Positions 58,059 through 64,000 of a stretch of DNA of 64,000 nt are shown here, in pieces. The DNA is from a virus. The stretch covers positions 1 through 64,000 of the IMG/VR virus record IMGVR_UViG_3300009103_001698; one strand, written 5' to 3'. The notes beneath the pieces are model-generated. The model saw nothing but the letters and a program-made list of their open reading frames with translations. It ran no database searches and had not been told where the DNA came from. A program made the position numbers and the translations under genes. Position 1 is the first letter of the stretch. The number at the start of each line of letters is the position of its first letter.

Positions 58059-58106
58059 TTTTTGTTTAGAAATCTATTTATAGAGACGAAAAAAGGATTT
58101 CTACCA

Positions 58107-58394
58107 ATGGACAAAGACAAACTTATTACCGAAGCCCTCGACAACATCCGAGAAGACCGCAAGAAGACCGAAAAACTCTTAACCGAACTCCAAGGTGAGT
58201 TTGCTACTGGGGAAGCCACACACGCCCGGGCAGGCGTCGTAGCGGCGAAGTATCTTGAGACACTACAAAGGTCCAACGAGCAACTCGTCAAAATCATTGC
58301 ACAAATCAAAAAGAACAAAGACCAAGACGAAGATCTAACTCTCTCAAATGAGGAGACAGAGAATATCTTTGAGATGATTAAGGATACTGCGTAA
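58107..58394 (+). CDS. Hypothetical helical protein
   Basis: ATG after the CTATTTATA motif. Confidence 0.55.
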   Translation: MDKDKLITEALDNIREDRKKTEKLLTELQGEFATGEATHARAGVVAAKYLETLQRSNEQLVKIIAQIKKNKDQDEDLTLSNEETENIFEMIKDTA

Positions 58395-59059
58395 TGGCTG
58401 GAGTTAATCTTTTATATGTTTTACGAGAAATAGCAACAGACTATCTTGCTAAGGGTAAAATTAGACCAACCGACTTCATTGGTTCGGTGGCTCGAATTAT
58501 TACAGAAAGTGATAAGTCTTATAGCAATAAAGATCCATTCTACGATCAGGAGATAGATGAACAAAGAATATTTAAAGGTGGTCATATTAAGGACGGCAAA
58601 AAAGCCAAGATAGCACACATACAAATACCAGACTTTTTTAGCGCCCCAGAATTAACTCTTAAATCAACACAAGATAAAAAACCTTTTAATGAGATAAACT
58701 CTTTGACATTATTGAAGGTCAATGTAACGGAAGTAAAAAACATACAGCGAGGTGACGGAGTAGTTGTCTCTTTTAAAGATCCGGGTAAATATGAAAAACC
58801 ACACATCACAAAAAGAATTCCAGAAAAAGATGTAATGGAATACCGAGTGAGAATACCGAAAGAAAAAAATAAGTTAATAAAAAAGAAAAAAGAATGTGGC
58901 TATGGCGATTTCATAAAGATTTTTTATAAAAATAAGAAGAAGGATTTCTTATCAGACTGGGATAAACAAACGACTGAGGTGTGGGAGGATACTAAAGCTT
59001 CCGGCGCAGAAGCAAAAGAAAAGACATATGATGAATTTAAAAGGAAGTTCTGGGGTTAG
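58394..59059 (+). CDS. Hypothetical protein (baseplate region)
   Basis: Translationally coupled ORF. Confidence 0.5.
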   Translation: MAGVNLLYVLREIATDYLAKGKIRPTDFIGSVARIITESDKSYSNKDPFYDQEIDEQRIFKGGHIKDGKKAKIAHIQIPDFFSAPELTLKSTQDKKPFNEINSLTLLKVNVTEVKNIQRGDGVVVSFKDPGKYEKPHITKRIPEKDVMEYRVRIPKEKNKLIKKKKECGYGDFIKIFYKNKKKDFLSDWDKQTTEVWEDTKASGAEAKEKTYDEFKRKFWG

Positions 59060-59068
59060 GTAAAAACT

Positions 59069-60067
59069 ATGGCAATAGTAAAAAGAAGAGACAAACCGCG
59101 ACTTTCAGAAGATCTTCAAAGACAACAAAAGGATCACATAGAGCGCGGACAACATATTTATTCCAGAACTGGTATTTTGGGAGACGTCGGCTATAGAACT
59201 AAGCCGGTTTTCGTTGATAAGCCCAGCCGAAAAATAATTGATGGGGTCGACAATGCAGCAGTAATTATCATCGACAATGACCCAACCTACTCAGCCGCCG
59301 GCGGTGATTTTGCTTCCAGAATACAAATTGTTGCGGGAGTGTCGGGTTCTCATTTAAGAGCAGACGAAACTGTTGATGATTTAACTCCGCTTCACGACGC
59401 CGCTGGAATTTACATCTCACAAAAGGGTGATCCTCAAATGATTTTCGGTGATGCTTCCCCTTTGGCTAATCCTGCATATGCTTTATTTGGTAATGCAGAG
59501 GATTTACCGGCAGAAGTAATCACCGATACTGTTAAATCACATGTTACAACATGTGCCGATACAATTCAAATAATTGGTAAAAACGGCGGTGTTAACATTT
59601 ATGCTGGCGGCGTTGGAGCAAAACTATCTACAGGAATTCCGAATAGAGAATATATGGGTGTTAATTTAATTTATGGCAACAAAGCAGATTATGCTTATTC
59701 AGATTCTCCCTATAGTTTACAACCTTTGGTTAAGGGTCACAATTTAGAGAAGGCTCTTAGTGCTATTATAGAAAGAGTAGATGATTTAAACAATACTGTA
59801 TTTGGCTTAATGTTAACAGTTGCTCAGCTGGAAATAAATGCTGCATTACATACGCATGTGGTCGTGGCTCCCCCTATTCTTCCGGTACCAATTGGATTAG
59901 CTGTTCCTTCTATTGAGATGGTTGTCGGCTCTGCCATAAGAGCGCCCCAGCATGTGAAAACAGTATTGAAAAATATAACAACAGCAGTAAACAATGTGAT
60001 TAGCGAAGTCAATCAATCTTCTCTAACCACAGCAGGAATTAATAGTAGATTTAATAAAACAAATTAG
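59069..60067 (+). CDS. Baseplate spike/hub-like protein (gp5/gpV C-terminal-like)
   Basis: QPLVKG..L...L and the ALHTH spike-tip motif. Confidence 0.55.
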   Translation: MAIVKRRDKPRLSEDLQRQQKDHIERGQHIYSRTGILGDVGYRTKPVFVDKPSRKIIDGVDNAAVIIIDNDPTYSAAGGDFASRIQIVAGVSGSHLRADETVDDLTPLHDAAGIYISQKGDPQMIFGDASPLANPAYALFGNAEDLPAEVITDTVKSHVTTCADTIQIIGKNGGVNIYAGGVGAKLSTGIPNREYMGVNLIYGNKADYAYSDSPYSLQPLVKGHNLEKALSAIIERVDDLNNTVFGLMLTVAQLEINAALHTHVVVAPPILPVPIGLAVPSIEMVVGSAIRAPQHVKTVLKNITTAVNNVISEVNQSSLTTAGINSRFNKTN

Positions 60068-60078
60068 GTAACAAACAG

Positions 60079-61887
60079 ATGGCGAAGAAACCTACAGACG
60101 AACAAAAATTAAAAGAAAAAGAACAAAAGATAGAGTGCCAAGAAGAGTATGAGAAATTTCTTACTAATACAGTAGAAGTTGCCGAAGACATTTCAGACGT
60201 TGCCAAAACTGCTTATTCTACAGTTGCCACAGCATATGCTGTTGGTGTTGATGTTGTTTCTGTATACAACAAAATAGCAAGCAGCCTTAATCAGGAAAAA
60301 CCCCTCTGCTCGCCGGGAGACACTACTGGAGCGGAAGAACAAGGAGACTTTTTTGATTTATCGGATGAGATCAAGCGATGTTTAGGAAACCCATCAGGAG
60401 AATTCAACGGACAACCAACTGGCTGCCAATCAGAAATTTGGGCATCAATAAAGGGCGCCGAATTTGATCTCGCCTCGATTTTGGATATTCTAGGACAACT
60501 AACCAAATCTAGAAGCATAACTCAATGTATTAGTCCTTATTACGACCGGTTTTTTAATCTTGTTCCATATCAATTTTATATCTCAAGAATGATCGAGGAT
60601 ACACTAGGCTCTACACTTAAAACCCTTATTGCCGCCCTGCCAGATGAGAACGATCCTTTTTATAAAGACATTCCGTGTGGCAGAGAGGAAATGATGAGGA
60701 TTTTAAACGCAGGAATGGGTCCTGATCTCCCCCCTTTCCCTGAAATCCCAGCACTTCCTCCTATTCCATATATAAAAATACCAAGCCTTTTACAAATAAT
60801 AAGAAACATTTTTATTGATTTTTTGTGCTGGTCTATGTGTTGCCTGCTGAGTAACTTATTAAAAGCTAGCGTTTTAAAGATGAACGAGTTGGATAAATAT
60901 CTTGTTGAGTTGGGAGATTTTGGTAGTGATACCATCGATCCCTCATTTTCCATAGATAAAAGATTTGGAAATCTGAAGAAAGTTAATTTAAATGATTTCG
61001 TCGACGATGAACTTCTAGAGGAAGCAAGACAAAATAGATACATTTCATCTTCTGCTACAATCTCTGAAATTAGGGATTATCTAGCGGTTGTTTCGAGCGA
61101 AGATACAAAAATAATTGAACAGAAGCATGTTATTTATTTGTTAATGGGAGAAGCAGATTGTAAGAGAATGAATTTCTTATTGAGTCTGGATCCTTTGCAT
61201 CCAACGCTTGAACTGAAAACAGATCAGCGTATTATAAACTTTTTTAAACTTTTAGGTCGAAGAATAAACATGTTTGATTTTATTGAACAATCGCAAGACG
61301 GTCTGTGCCGCCCAGATTTCTGTGTAGAGATGGATGCTGATATGATTGATAAATTTCAAAACTCTTTAAAAGATTTGTGCAATTTGATGAATCCAGAGTT
61401 TACAATGCCAGAAGTTCCATTGTTGTTGTTAATAAAAGCAACAGAAGCAGACAAAGCAATTATTGGCTCGATTGAAACCCAATCAGAAATGTTGTTTGAG
61501 CAAGCAAAAAGCGCTGTCGGCGTAGGCTCAAATAATGTGGTAGCGAGATATCTATACCCTAATCCTAAAGATCCCAACGAAAAAAATGTCAATGCGGTTG
61601 AAATAGAAATATTAAAACAGTCTCCCGGAATTGTTATAGAAGAAGAAAATGGAGAGGAATTTTTTAGAAATCGAACTTCTAAAGACGTTATAACGAAACT
61701 TTTTAAATCCAAAATCGCCGGCAAAACCTTAAAGGATGTTGAAGATACTAATAATATGTTTTTGACAAAAAAAAGAATGATATCTTCTTCATATTTACGG
61801 GATCTTGAAGGAATTTATGAAGATGAAAAGATAAAATTTCTAGAAACAAAAAAGAAGGATGCGCAAGATAATATAAAGGCGCCTTAA
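60079..61887 (+). CDS. Hypothetical protein (baseplate region)
   Basis: Long ORF with a Pro-rich PxLPxIP segment. Confidence 0.5.
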   Translation: MAKKPTDEQKLKEKEQKIECQEEYEKFLTNTVEVAEDISDVAKTAYSTVATAYAVGVDVVSVYNKIASSLNQEKPLCSPGDTTGAEEQGDFFDLSDEIKRCLGNPSGEFNGQPTGCQSEIWASIKGAEFDLASILDILGQLTKSRSITQCISPYYDRFFNLVPYQFYISRMIEDTLGSTLKTLIAALPDENDPFYKDIPCGREEMMRILNAGMGPDLPPFPEIPALPPIPYIKIPSLLQIIRNIFIDFLCWSMCCLLSNLLKASVLKMNELDKYLVELGDFGSDTIDPSFSIDKRFGNLKKVNLNDFVDDELLEEARQNRYISSSATISEIRDYLAVVSSEDTKIIEQKHVIYLLMGEADCKRMNFLLSLDPLHPTLELKTDQRIINFFKLLGRRINMFDFIEQSQDGLCRPDFCVEMDADMIDKFQNSLKDLCNLMNPEFTMPEVPLLLLIKATEADKAIIGSIETQSEMLFEQAKSAVGVGSNNVVARYLYPNPKDPNEKNVNAVEIEILKQSPGIVIEEENGEEFFRNRTSKDVITKLFKSKIAGKTLKDVEDTNNMFLTKKRMISSSYLRDLEGIYEDEKIKFLETKKKDAQDNIKAP

Positions 61888-61896
61888 GGTCAACCC

Positions 61897-63015
61897 ATGA
61901 TAGCATATGATATCTATTTAAAAACTGCATTTGAACTTTTGATCAAAGAAAGAGTTCGCTCCTATTTGTTCCGGCTACCCGCCCTTGCGGCGCCGCCTAA
62001 AACAGTAGAAGAAATGTTTGAGTCTGTAGGACTCATTTCAGAGGTACCACTAAAACCTAAAGACTGGAAAGAAGATTACGAAAAAGATATTAACAATGTA
62101 AAAGAATTTGCAGAAAATTATTATAACTCAATCATTGTACATCAAGATGCTGAACAAGATTTTTTAGAATGGAAGGAAATTTTAACTGAACAACAGAAAT
62201 CCGCAAAGAAAATACCAACTAGTGGAGTTTCCAAAGATGTTCCTGCCTCGGGATTGTCAATCAACATCGATCATTTCTCAGACTTTTACAATGCTGCCAG
62301 GAAAATATGGAATGATCAGATTTTAGGTTGGACATGGGATGACGATTTGGTAGAGTTGTATAGCAAGCTCATTTGGGGAAATAGCAAGATTGATGCAGAT
62401 GATGAGGATACTAAACACACGGGTCAAATAGTAGATCTTAAGCATTGTAGCATGAATTGGTATGCTGAAAATTTACCTACTGGTCATCTCACGGGAATTA
62501 GCACCGATAGTGAAGAAAAAAGGACTTTAAGACAGTGGATAGATGAAGAGGTGCAAGATGACCCACAAACTGTGTTCACAAATCATAGAAAAAAATTCAA
62601 AACCAAGTGTGACGCTAAAAAGAATAAAGCAGAAAATTTTATGCTCTTTAAAGCTGTACAGATGAATCACAATGAGGCTTATTATAAATATGCAGCATGG
62701 CATCACAAAGTGTTAGTTACTGATGGATTTATTAATAGTTTAATAGAAAGGAAAAGTTTAGATTTGTATTTATTCGCTGCCTACTGTCTTAAAACAGATT
62801 TTTCTATTTTTGACGAAGAGAAAACAAAAGAGCAGCTACAAAAGCAAGGAAAACACCACTTAAAAACTATGTTTAAACAAATTTATGAAGAAGACATGAA
62901 ACAACTAATTACCAATACAACGGAACTTAACCCTGCTGTAATACCGAAATTAAAGGAATTTGATAATTTGATAGACTTCTCAATCTTCTCATTAATCAAC
63001 GAGATGGACAAATAA
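61897..63015 (+). CDS. Hypothetical protein
   Basis: Long ORF in the late operon. Confidence 0.5.
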   Translation: MIAYDIYLKTAFELLIKERVRSYLFRLPALAAPPKTVEEMFESVGLISEVPLKPKDWKEDYEKDINNVKEFAENYYNSIIVHQDAEQDFLEWKEILTEQQKSAKKIPTSGVSKDVPASGLSINIDHFSDFYNAARKIWNDQILGWTWDDDLVELYSKLIWGNSKIDADDEDTKHTGQIVDLKHCSMNWYAENLPTGHLTGISTDSEEKRTLRQWIDEEVQDDPQTVFTNHRKKFKTKCDAKKNKAENFMLFKAVQMNHNEAYYKYAAWHHKVLVTDGFINSLIERKSLDLYLFAAYCLKTDFSIFDEEKTKEQLQKQGKHHLKTMFKQIYEEDMKQLITNTTELNPAVIPKLKEFDNLIDFSIFSLINEMDK

Positions 63016-63017
63016 CG

Positions 63018-63392
63018 ATGACAACGGGATACTCAGTAAAACTACCATTAACTTACGACGAAGAGGACGGACCTTATCGTTTAACAAAAACCCTACCAGA
63101 GACGGTAAAACAAAACTTTCGTAATTTGGTACTAACAGTGCCAGGGGAGAAGGTTATGGATCCTGATTTTGGCGTTGGAATCCATAGACTATTGTTTGAA
63201 AATGAAAGCTCACAAGCAATCGCCATTTTTAAAGAAAGACTTTATGATCAAGTTAGTAGATATTTATCTTTTATTAAGATAATTACTGTTGACACGAGTA
63301 TGGTTAATAACACATTACAAATATCAATTGAATATTACATTTCCTCTCTCGGTGTTAATGACGCATTGTCTTTGAATGTGGATAAGGAATAA
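63018..63392 (+). CDS. Baseplate wedge protein gp25-like
   Basis: KQN..NL.LT.PGE.VMDPDFG.GI..LLFE. Confidence 0.9.
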   Translation: MTTGYSVKLPLTYDEEDGPYRLTKTLPETVKQNFRNLVLTVPGEKVMDPDFGVGIHRLLFENESSQAIAIFKERLYDQVSRYLSFIKIITVDTSMVNNTLQISIEYYISSLGVNDALSLNVDKE

Positions 63393-63397
63393 AATAA

Positions 63398-64000
63398 ATG
63401 GCAAAGAAGACCCCACCGATCAATTACACAAGCAGAGATTTTGAAAGTATAAAAAACGATCTAATCAATTACGCAAAAGTATATTACCCAGAAACCTATA
63501 AGGATTTTAATGAAGCTTCTTTTGGTTCTTTGCTATTTGATATGGTAGCGTATGTAGGTGACATTATTTCATTTTACACCGACTATCAAGTTAACGAAAC
63601 CTTTATTGATTCAGCGATCGAAACGAAAAACATTTTAAGATTGGCAAAACAATTAGGCTACAAATACCCAGGCTCAGCATCGTCCAGTGGAATTTGTGCC
63701 TTCTATGTTGCTGTGCCGGCATCAGCTGGAACACCTGATACAACAGCGGTCCCAGTCTTAAAACAAGGAACTACGCTCTCATCAGACAGCGGGGCATCAT
63801 TTATTCTTAATGAGGATATTGATTTCTCATCTTCGGATACGCAAGTAGTAGTTGGAGAAGTTGATGCCAGTGGAACACCAACTAGTTTTGCTTATAAGGC
63901 TTATGGAGAAGTTATTTCTGGTCAATATGAAACAGAGTTTCTTACAATCGGTGAGTTCGAGAAGTTTATGAGAATTAAGCTCGGCGCTGACGATATTACT
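63398..64000 (+). CDS. Baseplate wedge subunit gp6-like, 3'-truncated by the window edge (absent from the ORF track)
   Basis: INYTSRDFESIKNDLINYAKVYYPETYKDFNEASFGSLLFDMVAYVGDIISFY...LAKQLGY. Confidence 0.88.
   Translation, partial: MAKKTPPINYTSRDFESIKNDLINYAKVYYPETYKDFNEASFGSLLFDMVAYVGDIISFYTDYQVNETFIDSAIETKNILRLAKQLGYKYPGSASSSGICAFYVAVPASAGTPDTTAVPVLKQGTTLSSDSGASFILNEDIDFSSSDTQVVVGEVDASGTPTSFAYKAYGEVISGQYETEFLTIGEFEKFMRIKLGADDIT

Noticed and set aside
74-61930. Many short antisense or overlapping ORFs in the track (e.g. 28882-29469, 38731-39213, 60660-61043)
   Set aside because: They shadow well-supported genes and have no motifs or SD.
1-64000. tRNA (including tRNA-Sec), rRNA, integrase or IS elements
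   Set aside because: None recognised; intergenic spaces are short and accounted for. A tRNAscan run would be needed to exclude them formally.

Overview
A 64 kb, gene-dense, mostly + strand segment of a large T4-like/jumbo myophage genome; the host is probably in the Myxococcota/Bdellovibrionota (inferred). From left to right it holds: (1) 1-18.3 kb, modular fibre/decoration genes built from repeated LamG/ConA-like and F5/8-type domains with DNA-conserved junctions, interrupted by hsp20, an HNH nuclease, thymidine kinase and a lipoprotein redoxin; (2) 18.3-35.5 kb, accessory, auxiliary-metabolic and probable internal-head genes (NUDIX, CglF-like peptide, nucleotidyltransferases, HExxH peptidases, purA, ClpP, PIN-PhoH, PD-(D/E)XK nuclease); (3) 35.7-56.6 kb, a ~21 kb glycan/nonulosonic-acid biosynthesis locus; (4) 57-64 kb, a late sigma factor and baseplate genes (spike, gp25, gp6). 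The ORF track misses two things. The first is a probable phage selenoprotein: ORFs 5275-5562 and 5575-5886 are one frame joined by an in-frame TGA in a thioredoxin-fold U-x-x-C motif, followed by an fdhF-like SECIS hairpin. The second is a 268-nt group I intron (35722-35989) with intact P1/P10 pairings that splits the first glycosyltransferase gene. Also notable are a homolog of the gliding-motility protein CglF/GltF and a recurrent CTA(T/G)TTAT late-promoter-like motif. All family calls come from motif recognition by eye; no searches were run.
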